Numbered from the stretch's first letter, positions 19,381 to 29,317 are shown. The stretch is 64,000 nucleotides of DNA from Nitrospirota bacterium (GCA_963751455.1 CAVVUN010000015.1:1408001-1472000), one strand, 5' to 3'. Translations and numbers: made by a program. The notes: generated by a model from the letters alone, not told the origin.

Positions 19381-20430
19381 ATGAGATCGATCGAACACGG
19401 CTATTATCTGGATACGCCCCTTTCTCACCGGCTGCTTATGACGATGCGCTCCCTCGGAGAATTCAGGGGCCGGCAGCATCTCTACGCGGATCAGTTTCCC
19501 GAGGTGCTGGCTACACTGCGGCGCGTCGCAATCGTGCAAAGCACGGAATCGTCCAACAGGATCGAGGGTATTACCGTCGCGCCCGATAGAATAGACGCAC
19601 TCGTCCTCAAGAAGATCAAACCGCGAGACCGCTCGGAACAGGAGGTCGCGGGCTACCGAGACGTGCTCTCGTCCATCCATGCCAACCATGAAAATATTCG
19701 ATTATCGACAGGCCAGATCCTGGAATGGCACCGCGCCCTCTACCGCTTCACCGAAGAACGCGGAGGCGAATGGAAGGCAAAGGACAATGCAATCCTTGAG
19801 GTCCGGCCTGACGGTCGTCAGGTTGTCCGGTTTCAACCGGTGTCGGCGCTTGCAACGCCGGAATTCATGGATAAACTCTTATCGTTGTTCGACCGGGCGA
19901 TGGACAAGGCGGAAACCGACCCGCTTTTGTTGATCGCCACGTTTGTTTTCGATTTCGAATGCATTCATCCCTTCCGCGACGGCAACGGTCGCATCGGCCG
20001 TCTGCTCACGCTTCTGCTGCTCTACCAGGCAGGATATGAAGTGGGTCGCTATATCAGTCTTGAGCGCATCGTTGAAGAGAGCAAGGAAACCTATTACGAT
20101 GCCCTGTACAAGAGTTCCCAGGGCTGGCACGAGGCAAAACACGACCTCCGTCCCTGGTGGGATTATTTTCTCGGCACGCTGATTGCCGCTTATAAGGAAT
20201 TCGAGCAGCGAGTGGGAACTATCACGTCTGCGCGGGGCGCGAAGCGCGAGATGGTCAGAAGCGCCATCGAGCGAATGCCCGGGCTGTTTACTATCGGCGA
20301 TTTGAAACGGGTCTGTCCGGGGGTGAGCTATCCAACGCTCCAACGAGCGCTCACGGACCTGAAAAAAGAAGGAAAGGTAAAGTGTCTCGGGCGCGGCCCC
20401 GATGCCCGATGGCAGCGTATCGAGGGTTGA
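19381..20430 (+). CDS. Fic-family protein with C-terminal wHTH
   Basis: HPFRDGNGRIGR catalytic motif; SSNRIEG inhibitory motif. Confidence 0.92.
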   Translation: MRSIEHGYYLDTPLSHRLLMTMRSLGEFRGRQHLYADQFPEVLATLRRVAIVQSTESSNRIEGITVAPDRIDALVLKKIKPRDRSEQEVAGYRDVLSSIHANHENIRLSTGQILEWHRALYRFTEERGGEWKAKDNAILEVRPDGRQVVRFQPVSALATPEFMDKLLSLFDRAMDKAETDPLLLIATFVFDFECIHPFRDGNGRIGRLLTLLLLYQAGYEVGRYISLERIVEESKETYYDALYKSSQGWHEAKHDLRPWWDYFLGTLIAAYKEFEQRVGTITSARGAKREMVRSAIERMPGLFTIGDLKRVCPGVSYPTLQRALTDLKKEGKVKCLGRGPDARWQRIEG

Positions 20431-20479
20431 TAAGATAATCTTATCACGAAGTCATTTGGTGATAAGATTAGTCGCGAAC

Positions 20480-20683
20480 CTAGTGAGCGATGTCTGATTC
20501 TATTTCATCAGGAGTGTATTGCGAAGAACGGGCGTGGATTTTGCGAAGCACTGCATCGAACCGCTTCTGCCATTCGTCATGGGAGAGGATTTTCAGTTCG
20601 ACCTGTTCATGTTCTTTGAGGTCTATTTTCTGAAGCGGCTTGAGAACGCCGTTCTCGAAAATTGCATTGACTACTTTGGACAT
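20480..20683 (-). CDS. antitoxin AF2212/DUF104-like protein
   Basis: VNAIFENGVLKPLQKIDLKE motif; AGGAGG RBS; no cognate PIN toxin follows. Confidence 0.75.
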   Translation of the reverse strand: MSKVVNAIFENGVLKPLQKIDLKEHEQVELKILSHDEWQKRFDAVLRKIHARSSQYTPDEIESDIAH

Positions 20684-20838
20684 GCGGACCTCCTTTTCGA
20701 CGGTTTCCTGGCTTTTATGCCGGGCAGTTTTACCCCTTCAATCGCAGAAGAGGTCACAACGGAGGTATAGAGCATGGCCTTCCGCTGGGCAGGGTTTTTG
20801 AGGTATGGGTTGGTTTTGCTTAACGATTTTTTCTGCAT
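20671..20838 (-). CDS. 55-aa VbhA-like Fic antitoxin candidate (not in the ORF track)
   Basis: MQKKSLSKTNPYLKNPAQRKAMLYTSVVTSSAIEGVKLP... contains (S/T)xxxEG. Confidence 0.6.
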   Translation of the reverse strand: MQKKSLSKTNPYLKNPAQRKAMLYTSVVTSSAIEGVKLPGIKARKPSKRRSACPK

Positions 20839-21093
20839 ACGAATATTACGATTATCATTTACCGTCTAATGACATTATAATTGATATCCGTATCAAGTCA
20901 ATCGATTCTTGGACCGACTCGGGGACGTTGATGCATTTGATGCATTCAATTTTAGTTGTTAGGTTGTGATGCAAATTCAGTTATTTCCATTTTGGAACAT
21001 ACTGGCTAATACGGTGAACATTGAGTAATATCAGCTTTCTGCGCTAGACCGTTTCACTCGGAATTGTTATCATACATTCAAGAGGACCATTTG

Positions 21094-21690
21094 ATGTCTG
21101 AAAAGAATCCGCATGTCATTGTCATAGCCGGACCAAACGGGGCCGGGAAATCAACGACAGCGCCGCTGCTTCTCAAGGGGACGCTGGGAGTGACGGAGTT
21201 CGTAAATGCCGACGTCATTGCCCAGGGACTCTCGGCGTTCCAGCCGGAGAGCGCGGCGTTTCATGCAGGCCGGGTCATGCTGGAGCGGCTGCATTATCTT
21301 GCGAAGGAGCGAGTTGATTTCGCCTTTGAGACGACCTTGGCGAGCAGAACTTTTGCGCCCTGGATTGCAAAACTGAAGCAAAGCGGGTATACTTTCCACC
21401 TGGTGTTCCTATGGCTTCCGAGCGCGGATTTTGCCGTTGCCCGCGTTGCCGAGCGGGTCCGCATGGGCGGGCATGATGTGCCTGAGGAAACCATTCGGAG
21501 GCGGTATAATAAGGGTATCGAGAACTTCTTCCGGCTATATAGGCCGCTGTCTGACACCTTGCGGATATACAATAATTCGGTCCGTACGGGGCCACGGATT
21601 GTGGCAGATGGCGGGACAGGGAGAAGAGAAGCAATTTACGATTCGGCAACATGGAGCATGATCAGAGGTGGACACAATGAGCGTAGCTGA
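21094..21690 (+). CDS. zeta-toxin-like P-loop ATPase
   Basis: IAGPNGAGKST, VNADVIA, FETTLA, RVRMGGHDVP. Confidence 0.88.
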   Translation: MSEKNPHVIVIAGPNGAGKSTTAPLLLKGTLGVTEFVNADVIAQGLSAFQPESAAFHAGRVMLERLHYLAKERVDFAFETTLASRTFAPWIAKLKQSGYTFHLVFLWLPSADFAVARVAERVRMGGHDVPEETIRRRYNKGIENFFRLYRPLSDTLRIYNNSVRTGPRIVADGGTGRREAIYDSATWSMIRGGHNERS

Positions 21691-21871
21691 AAAGAAAACA
21701 ATTGATGAACTCTTTCGCGATGGAAAAGAAATCGATACCGCCTTACGGAATGCAGTCCAGCAGGCCCTCTTGCAGCACAAAAAGGCCGGAAACCCTGTGG
21801 CCGAGTGGCGTGATGGCAAGGTCGTCTTGATTAAACCGGAAGATATTGTTGTTGAAGAGAAGCAAAAGTAA
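21677..21871 (+). CDS. small partner protein of the zeta-like ATPase
   Basis: Overlaps the upstream stop; HKKAGNPVAEWRDGKVV motif. Confidence 0.7.
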   Translation: MSVAEKKTIDELFRDGKEIDTALRNAVQQALLQHKKAGNPVAEWRDGKVVLIKPEDIVVEEKQK

Positions 21872-21931
21872 AAACCCTCTCCGGATTCCTTCCCCCTCAC
21901 ACAGCCCTCTCCCCTCGGGGAAAGAATCAAT

Positions 21932-22013
21932 AAAAAAGCCCCAGTCTCAACGGCGACTGAGGCGCTGCCACGGCCCTGAACCATAGGTAATGGACCACCA
22001 GCCTTGCGGCTTA
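21932..22013 (-). ncRNA. candidate structured sRNA, copy 2
   Basis: Close copy of 18679-18760; upstream TTGAAC-16 nt-TATATT on the minus strand. Confidence 0.65.
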
Positions 22014-22068
22014 GCAATATACGCAGTGAATAATAGAGTTCAAGTTAAAAGAAAGGCATCATCGGTTT

Positions 22069-23592
22069 ATGACACCAGCAGCAATCGTTTCAAAACTCTG
22101 GAACTACTGTAACGTCCTCCGGGACGATGGGATGAGCTACGGCGATTACCCTTCGACTTCGCTCAGGACAGGCTCAGAGCAGCTCACGTACCTGCTGTTC
22201 CTCAAGATGGCCGACGAGCGCACGAAGCCGCCGTACAACCAGCCGAGTGCAGTGCCTGCAAAGTACAACTGGCCCACGCTCTTAAAGAAAGACGGCGACG
22301 ATCTGTTCGACCACTATCGCCACATGCTTGAAAGCCTGGGCAATGAAAAAGGTCTGCTCGGCCTGATCTTCAATAAATCCCAGAACAAGTTCCAGGACCC
22401 TTCTAAACTGCGACGGCTTGTTGTTGACCTGATCGATAAGGAAAACTGGTCGGTGATGAGCGCTGATGTGAAAGGGGACGCATACGAAGGCCTCCTGGAG
22501 AAGAACGCACAGGACACCAAGTCCGGCGCTGGCCAGTACTTCACTCCCCGTCCTCTGATCCAGGCCATGGTTGACGTGATCCAGCCGAAGCCGAAAGAGA
22601 CCCTCTGCGATCCTGCGTGCGGCACCGGCGGGTTTCTCCTTGCCGCGCACGATTATGTGGTCAAGCACAATCCGAACATGAGCGCCGACGAGAAACGCAA
22701 GCTCAAAGGCTCAACCTTCAAGGGCTGGGAGCTGGTCCAGAGCACGGCCAGGCTCTGTGCCATGAATTTGATGCTCCACAGCATCGGGACCGACAAGGAC
22801 CTTCCTATCATCGTTTCGGACTCTCTTGCCGCCGACCCGGGTGACCGGTTCGATATCGTACTGACCAATCCTCCCTTCGGCAAGAAGAGCAGCACCACGA
22901 TTGTTGCCGAAAACGGCAAGGTATCACGAGAAACCGATATCATCGAGCGCGAGGACTTCTGGGCCACGACGTCCAACAAACAGCTCAACTTCATCCAGCA
23001 TGTAAAGACCCTTTTAAAGCAGAATGGCCGCGCGGCAGTTGTCGTGCCGGATAACGTCCTGTTCGAAGGCGGGGCAGGGGAGACGGTCAGGCGAAAGCTC
23101 CTGCACGAGTGCGACGTGCACACGCTCCTGCGCCTGCCCACGGGCCTGTTCTATGCCCAGGGCGTGAAAGCGAACGTCCTGTTCTTCGACAAAAAGCCCG
23201 CATCCGAAACGCCCTGGACCAAGAAGCTCTGGATCTACGATCTCCGCACGAACATGCACTTCACGCTCAAGACGAGCTCCCTCCAGCGCTCTGACCTCGA
23301 CGAGTTTGTGAAAAACTATAATCCCGAGAACCGCCATCAGCGCAAGGCCACGTGGACCGAGAAAAAACAAGACGGTCGCTGGCGCTCGTATAACTATGAC
23401 GAACTCGTAAGTCGCGATAAGGCGAGCCTCGACATATTCTGGCTCAAAGACGAATCCCTCGAAGCCTCCGACAACCTCCCCGATCCTGATGTCATCGCGC
23501 AGGAGATCGTGGAAGATCTGGAAGCGGCGCTGGAGCAGTTTCGGGAGATCGCGGGGGATTTGGGTAATGGGAAATCACCATGCGTATCTTAG
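22069..23592 (+). CDS. hsdM: type I R-M N6-adenine methyltransferase with an 8-aa repeat-derived insertion
   Basis: GQYFTPR, DPACGTGGF, TNPPFG; PSTSLRTG inserted in GDY-x-EQL. Confidence 0.95.
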   Translation: MTPAAIVSKLWNYCNVLRDDGMSYGDYPSTSLRTGSEQLTYLLFLKMADERTKPPYNQPSAVPAKYNWPTLLKKDGDDLFDHYRHMLESLGNEKGLLGLIFNKSQNKFQDPSKLRRLVVDLIDKENWSVMSADVKGDAYEGLLEKNAQDTKSGAGQYFTPRPLIQAMVDVIQPKPKETLCDPACGTGGFLLAAHDYVVKHNPNMSADEKRKLKGSTFKGWELVQSTARLCAMNLMLHSIGTDKDLPIIVSDSLAADPGDRFDIVLTNPPFGKKSSTTIVAENGKVSRETDIIEREDFWATTSNKQLNFIQHVKTLLKQNGRAAVVVPDNVLFEGGAGETVRRKLLHECDVHTLLRLPTGLFYAQGVKANVLFFDKKPASETPWTKKLWIYDLRTNMHFTLKTSSLQRSDLDEFVKNYNPENRHQRKATWTEKKQDGRWRSYNYDELVSRDKASLDIFWLKDESLEASDNLPDPDVIAQEIVEDLEAALEQFREIAGDLGNGKSPCVS

Positions 23593-23784
23593 TATCATTA
23601 CATAACCGGAATCACCAACACATAATGAGGAACGAAACGACGCCTGAGTCTGCCTGCCTCCGCAGGGAGCAATATTTTCCGCGCCGGAGGTTGCTACCAC
23701 AACAAAAGATCTTATCCGATTGTTTTCTATCGCTCTAAGTTATATTTCAGAGACTTGTGATGCTCTGATCAAAGGAGGCGAAAC

Positions 23785-24594
23785 ATGAACATCAATCTTG
23801 ACGCCTGGGGGATAGTGCGAAAGCTGACTCTGCAGGATGTCCTGCTCGTTCTGGCCGTGCTGGTTTCGGCCTGGCTGCTGGTCTTCGTCGTTCGGTGGGC
23901 CCTCAGGCATGCGGCGGAAAAGGCGCATCCGCGCATGCGCCTGGCCATCCTTCGCGTGCCGCCCATTGCGCGCGTCCTTATTGATGTTGTCGCTGTTCTG
24001 ATCATCGTGCATATCCTGGTCGAGCCGACGTTTCAGAATATCATCGCCCTCCTGGCAGCCATCGGCCTGACCCTGGCCTTCGCGCTCAAGGACTATGGGA
24101 GCAGTCTCGTCGCGGGCGTGGTGACGGTCCTGGAAAACACCTACCAGCCCGGGGACTGGATCGAAGTGGATGGCGTGTACGGGGAAGTGAGGTTCGTCGG
24201 GGTCCGGGCCGTGCGCCTCGTGACGCCCGATGACACCGAGGTAGTCATCCCGCACTCCCGCCTCTGGTCCACGAGCGTTTTCAACGCCAGCAGCGGCAAC
24301 CGCAGCCTCCTGTGCGTGACGGATTTCTACATTCACCCCGACCACGACGCAGCAGCGGTCAGGAAGCGGTTGACGCAGGTGGCGGAAGCAAGCTCGTACC
24401 GTAAGCCCGAAACGCCGGTAACAGTGATCGTCCTGGAAAAACCCTGGGGCACCCACTACCGGGTAAAGGCCTACGTGAAGGAAAGCCGTGAGCAGTTTCT
24501 GTTCATCACGGATCTGACGGTCCGGGGCAAGGAGGAACTGCGGGGCATGAATATTCGGTTTGCGCAGGCGCCTTACGCTGCAACCGGCAAGTGA
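23785..24594 (+). CDS. mscS: small-conductance mechanosensitive channel family protein
   Basis: Three TM helices, YQPGDWIEVDGVYGEV, VVIPHS. Confidence 0.85.
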   Translation: MNINLDAWGIVRKLTLQDVLLVLAVLVSAWLLVFVVRWALRHAAEKAHPRMRLAILRVPPIARVLIDVVAVLIIVHILVEPTFQNIIALLAAIGLTLAFALKDYGSSLVAGVVTVLENTYQPGDWIEVDGVYGEVRFVGVRAVRLVTPDDTEVVIPHSRLWSTSVFNASSGNRSLLCVTDFYIHPDHDAAAVRKRLTQVAEASSYRKPETPVTVIVLEKPWGTHYRVKAYVKESREQFLFITDLTVRGKEELRGMNIRFAQAPYAATGK

Positions 24595-24722
24595 TCACAG
24601 GGGAGGCTATAGGGTCTATATTCTTGATGTTGTCTTTTTTGGAAATCTTTAGGGTCAGGTCTTGCCTCTTGACATTTGATATTGTTGATCGCGTCACACC
24701 GTTTCTTAGCTCTCTATAACTC

Positions 24723-25979
24723 ATGATATCCAATTTCGACAGCATCATCCGACAATATAAAACAGACAGCGAATCAGTGTACAACACCTGGTTCATCAAC
24801 AATGAAGAGCGGCTGAAGGCTTTTCGATCGATCCGGCGTGGCGTGATGCAGGTCATAGCCGACATCAAAGCAAAGAAATTCGGCAATGACTTCAAGGGCA
24901 GCTCTCTTGAAGTAGTTCTGAACTCCATTACCGAACAGAAGCAGGTTTTCGAGGGCGCTGCGCATCCATTCTACTGGAAGCCGAAGCTGCGCATACCCGA
25001 CATTTACGAGAACGAGCAGAACAAGACGGCATTCGGCCAGTTTCTGGAGAACGTGCTGAAAGCAACTACAGAAGAACAGATCATTAGGGAAATCATTCAT
25101 CTGGACAGCCTCAAGATAAAAGGTCTCGGTCCGGCAGTCGCGAGCATTGTTTATTTTCTTCATCCTACCATTATCCCGCCCTTCAATACCGCGATTCTGA
25201 ACGGCTTCAATTATCTTTTCAAAGATAAGAAGAAACTTGGTTCCTGGAACGAATATCTCAAAATCAGGGAAGTGTTTGTCGAATTCAATAATAAGTACAA
25301 AGCCGACCTGTCCTCGGACTTTGGCGCTATTGCGGGACTGCTGTTCGAAGTCGGCAATCAAAGGCTGGTGCTCGGCACGGACGAGTATCTTTCAGAGACG
25401 GAGCGGGCGAAAATCGAGGGCCTGATCGACAAACGCCACAAGGAAGTTAAAGCTGAAAAAGATGAAGAGAACCTGCATACGGAGATGCAGTTCCATCTGC
25501 TGAAAATAGGCAAAGCGCTGGGGTACGACGTCATGTGCGCGGTGAACGACAGGTCGCGGTCGTTCAATGGTAACAATTTCTCATTCTTATGCCTGCCTGA
25601 TTTTCCTCAAATGATTGGTGACAAAGATGCATTGAATACCGTGAAACTCATCGACGTGCTCTGGTTCAAAAAGGGCACCGGCAACATCATCGGCGCATTC
25701 GAGATCGAGAAGAGCACCAGCATTTACTCCGGCATATTGCGCCTGACCGACCTGGCGCTCTCCATAGCGGACGGGGACGAAGTATTTTACATCATCATCC
25801 CGGACAAGAGGGAAAAGGACCTCAGGCTTCAGCTTTCCCGGCCGTCGTTCAAGGGCAGCAAGGTGCTGATCAATTACATCCTGTTCTCGGACCTCCGGCA
25901 GCATTGTGAGGCTTTGTGTAAGTTCGGCGACAGCCATGAGATCCTGAAGAAGATAGCAAAGACGGTAGACGCGGTCTAG
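24723..25979 (+). CDS. PD-(D/E)xK restriction-endonuclease-like protein
   Basis: HTEMQ...IDVLW...AFEIEKSTSIYSGILRL. Confidence 0.75.
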   Translation: MISNFDSIIRQYKTDSESVYNTWFINNEERLKAFRSIRRGVMQVIADIKAKKFGNDFKGSSLEVVLNSITEQKQVFEGAAHPFYWKPKLRIPDIYENEQNKTAFGQFLENVLKATTEEQIIREIIHLDSLKIKGLGPAVASIVYFLHPTIIPPFNTAILNGFNYLFKDKKKLGSWNEYLKIREVFVEFNNKYKADLSSDFGAIAGLLFEVGNQRLVLGTDEYLSETERAKIEGLIDKRHKEVKAEKDEENLHTEMQFHLLKIGKALGYDVMCAVNDRSRSFNGNNFSFLCLPDFPQMIGDKDALNTVKLIDVLWFKKGTGNIIGAFEIEKSTSIYSGILRLTDLALSIADGDEVFYIIIPDKREKDLRLQLSRPSFKGSKVLINYILFSDLRQHCEALCKFGDSHEILKKIAKTVDAV

Positions 25980-26197
25980 GGATCACGGAACCTATAGGGT
26001 CACGTCTTTTAATTTGACATTCTCCTTAGCATTATTCCACGATCAGCAATATTTTGTTGCCAATTTTATTGAGACGACATGAAAGCGGACGCTAACCTAA
26101 TGGGCTACGATGGAGTGTCAGTCATTAAGAAAGTTGAAATTCGACTTTTTTTGGCCTTTTTGTCTATGACTGCTGCGAATTCCAACGGGAGGTGCAG

Positions 26198-27966
26198 ATG
26201 ATACCGGTTGGTACGAACCTGGAGCGAAAGAAACTGCCCGTGGCCGTGCTTGGGCTGATCCTGATCAATTGCGCAGTGTTCATCCTGGAGCTGATGATGC
26301 CGAAGGAGTCCCTGCTCTGGACGTTTCAGCATCTCGGGTTCGGTCCGGCTACTCGAAATCCTTTTTCTCCCATAACCTCTCTCTTTCTGCACGGAGATAT
26401 TTACCACATTGCATTCAACATGCTTTTCCTCTGGATTTTCGGAGGACCAGTTGAAGAACGCGTGGGCACGAAGAATTTTATCAAGTTTTACTTCGGCGCT
26501 GGACTCGCAGCCGGTGTGTTGAGCGTAGTCATGGAGGTCATCGCGCGGCCCAACTCAACCACGCCCGGAATCGGTGCCTCAGGGGCCATTTCCGGGATTA
26601 TGGCTCTTTTCCTCTACCGGTGTTTTTATGCAAAGTTGAAAATGGTTATCTCGCCGATCCTGCTGCCGACGAAGGTGAGCATTCCGGTCATCCCGCTGGT
26701 GCTGTTATGGTTTTTCCAGGAACTGGTCATGGGCATTTTTTCGCTCTCTGTTCCCACGGGCATCGGCCACTGGGCACACTTGGGCGGGTTTGCGTTCGGG
26801 ATCGGCATCGCCAGGATCAAGCGGTACGGCCACGAGGGGCAGGTGGAGAAGCTCAGGGCCAAGGTTCTGAAAACGCTTTCCGACGGCGGAGGGTGGAAGG
26901 CAGCGGAGAAAGACCTTCTGGAATTGCTGGCTAAGGCGCCGCACGACCCGGAAGTTCACCACGATCTCGCTCGCCTCTATGCCGAGCAAGGGCAAACGGG
27001 TCCCGCAGAGCGCCATTATGTTGCCGCTGTCCAGCGATACTTTACGACCGAGCCGATGACAGCTGCCTACGTTGCGATTGAGCACGCAACTGTCCTGTCA
27101 AAACCCATTGCCCCCCAGTACCTGCTCAAGGCAGCGGAAACGCTGATCAGGCAGTATGAGTACGAGGACGCGCATCGACTGCTTATGCCCGTTCCCGAAC
27201 AGTCGCTCCTTTCCGGCCAGCTCGTTGAAAAAAGCATAGTGCTCTTTATCCAGCTCTCTCTGCACTTGAACCATAAAGAGGAAGCGCAGGACGTCATGCG
27301 GCTGTTTACCGAACGCTTTCCCCGGAGCAAATACGAGGCGCAGCTCAAGCAGGCTATGGCGAAAAAGCCCGGCGAAGTTTTCCCCCGGCACCCGTCACAC
27401 CTGCGGGGACAACCGCAACGGGAGCGCGTTCGGCCGAGGCTAAGGAGGCTGATCGCCTGGGACTTATCGATATATTCGAGCGTTTCTTTGCCGATCCGGT
27501 TTTCTGGCTTCTTCTGCTCGCGCTGAACATATTCACGCCTTTTCTCTTTCCACGTATCTATTTCAGTCAGGCTTCGCCGATCTATCTTTTCATCGGCGCG
27601 TTCGTTATGACGATTCTTCACCGTGCAGGGTCGATCGGAGATCTCTGGTCGGCGATGAACGGGCCGTCGGAAAAGAAAGCCAGGGAGGAGTGCGCGCGCC
27701 AAAGGCTGTTCGACGATGCGGTGATGTCCGAGAAAAAAGAGCTCTATCCCGCGGCCGCGACGCTTTATGAAAAATTTCTGACCCAGGAACCTGGGAACTT
27801 TCAGGCACGTTTCAATCTCGCCCGCATCTATCATAGGAGGTTGCAAAACGTGGTCAGCGCCAGGCGTCATTATCGCTTCCTTCTTGAACATGCGCCCAAA
27901 GAACACCCTTTTTTCAATGAAGCAGAAAACGGCTTGAAAGACCTGAGACCGGCCAGCCAGGCGTGA
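26198..27966 (+). CDS. rhomboid serine protease with TPR region; frameshift at the C5 run 27382-27386
   Basis: FLH..HIAFNM, GASG, AHLGG; adding one C joins ORF 26192 to ORF 27607-27966. Confidence 0.8.
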
Positions 27967-28018
27967 TAAACACCCGAAGGGGACGTTGTTGTACCCGTTG
28001 CGTGCTGCTCCATAATCT

Positions 28019-28116
28019 ATGATATCCAACCTCGATAGTATTATCCGGCAATATAAAACCGATAGCGAATCAGCGTACAACACCTGGTTCATCAACAATG
28101 AAGAGCGGCTGAAGGC
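28019..28116 (+). pseudogene. 5' fragment duplicate of the 24723 endonuclease gene
   Basis: Matches 24723-24820 (MISN.DSIIRQYKTDSES.YNTWFINNEERLKA). Confidence 0.85.
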
Positions 28117-28164
28117 ATCATCGTGAGTGAACAGCTATTAATTTCTTTCCGGAGGTAGGAAACC

Positions 28165-28947
28165 GTGAACTATAAGGACCTTCAAAAGAACATCACTGCC
28201 GCATATCTCTCTCTTCGCGTTGGGATCGCCGGAATGGCAATTGCGTTACCCTTCGTGCTGTGGATAGGAGGTCATATCGTCTCACATCAGCCGCTTCAGG
28301 GATCCATGAGCGCGTATTATCACTGCGGCGCAGGAGCGATGAGAGATATATTTGTCGGCTTCCTCTTTGCTATCGGCGCCTTCCTTTATCTCTATAAGGG
28401 TTATACCGAGCTCGAAAACTATGCGCTGAATTTTGCCGGGGTCTTTGTGATCGGGGTAGCGCTGGTTCCCATGGAGTGGGACTGCGGAAGTGCATGCAAC
28501 AAGTTTACACTTCACGGTACCTTAGCGGTTCTCTTCTTTTTATCCATCGCATACGTTTGTATCTTCAGGGCATCAGACACCCTGAGTTTAATACCCGATA
28601 AGAAATCAAAGACCCGATACAGAAAAATCTATAAACTTCTTGGCGTGGCGATGATCGTTCTTCCCACCATTGCCGTAGCGCTGAGCTCGATCCTTGAGCA
28701 TGATTCCAAGCGGCCGAAAGGGACCTTCTTTGTTGAAGCAGCCGGTGTTCTCGTTTTTGCGTCGTACTGGATCGTTAAAAGCTTCGAGATTGCGCGTACT
28801 GATGCCGAGCAGTTTGCGCTCAAAGGCAAGCTGAAGGCTCGTCCGTACCGGGCTGTAGACGCATTTAAAGAAATACCTGTGGAAATAGTTCAACCGCAAC
28901 TCGAGCAGCAGCAGGATCTTGGCAGATCTTCGTCGAACAAGAATTAA
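28165..28947 (+). CDS. integral membrane protein (DUF998-like)
   Basis: Multiple TM helices, SMSAYYH, LHG..A..FF; GGAGG RBS. Confidence 0.7.
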   Translation: MNYKDLQKNITAAYLSLRVGIAGMAIALPFVLWIGGHIVSHQPLQGSMSAYYHCGAGAMRDIFVGFLFAIGAFLYLYKGYTELENYALNFAGVFVIGVALVPMEWDCGSACNKFTLHGTLAVLFFLSIAYVCIFRASDTLSLIPDKKSKTRYRKIYKLLGVAMIVLPTIAVALSSILEHDSKRPKGTFFVEAAGVLVFASYWIVKSFEIARTDAEQFALKGKLKARPYRAVDAFKEIPVEIVQPQLEQQQDLGRSSSNKN

Positions 28948-29058
28948 GTCGTCTCGGAGGTGGAAAATCCAACTTTTAAACCATATCCGAGGGTCTTGTG
29001 GAAAAGGACTGGATATGATTACAAGCCGGAAATCTCCAGGGCGACCAAAAAGGCGACT

Positions 29059-29253
29059 ATGAATGGAACAAAACGTGCCGACATCAGGCCAGGAATGCGT
29101 GTTAAAATCGTGTTGAAGCAGGACCAGCGGACGGGAAACATGACAGAGGGAATCGTCGCCGAGATCCTGACGAAATCTTCCACTCATCCCCACGGGATCA
29201 AAGTGCGCCTCGAAAGCGGGGCAGTAGGGCGTGTACAATTGATTTTCTCATAA
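29059..29253 (+). CDS. YwbE/DUF2196 family protein
   Basis: IVLKQDQRTG...ILTKS..HPHGIKVRL..G.VGRV. Confidence 0.85.
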   Translation: MNGTKRADIRPGMRVKIVLKQDQRTGNMTEGIVAEILTKSSTHPHGIKVRLESGAVGRVQLIFS

Positions 29254-29317
29254 AGCATGCGGAATACTTTACTGAACCTGCAAAGGTATTAGCTATTTTG
29301 AAGCGAAACATTTTTAT

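Noticed and set aside
20881-20896. FNR box TTGAT...ATCAA
   Set aside because: The spacer is 6 nt rather than the canonical 4, and the context is TA genes. A local operator is possible but unsupported.
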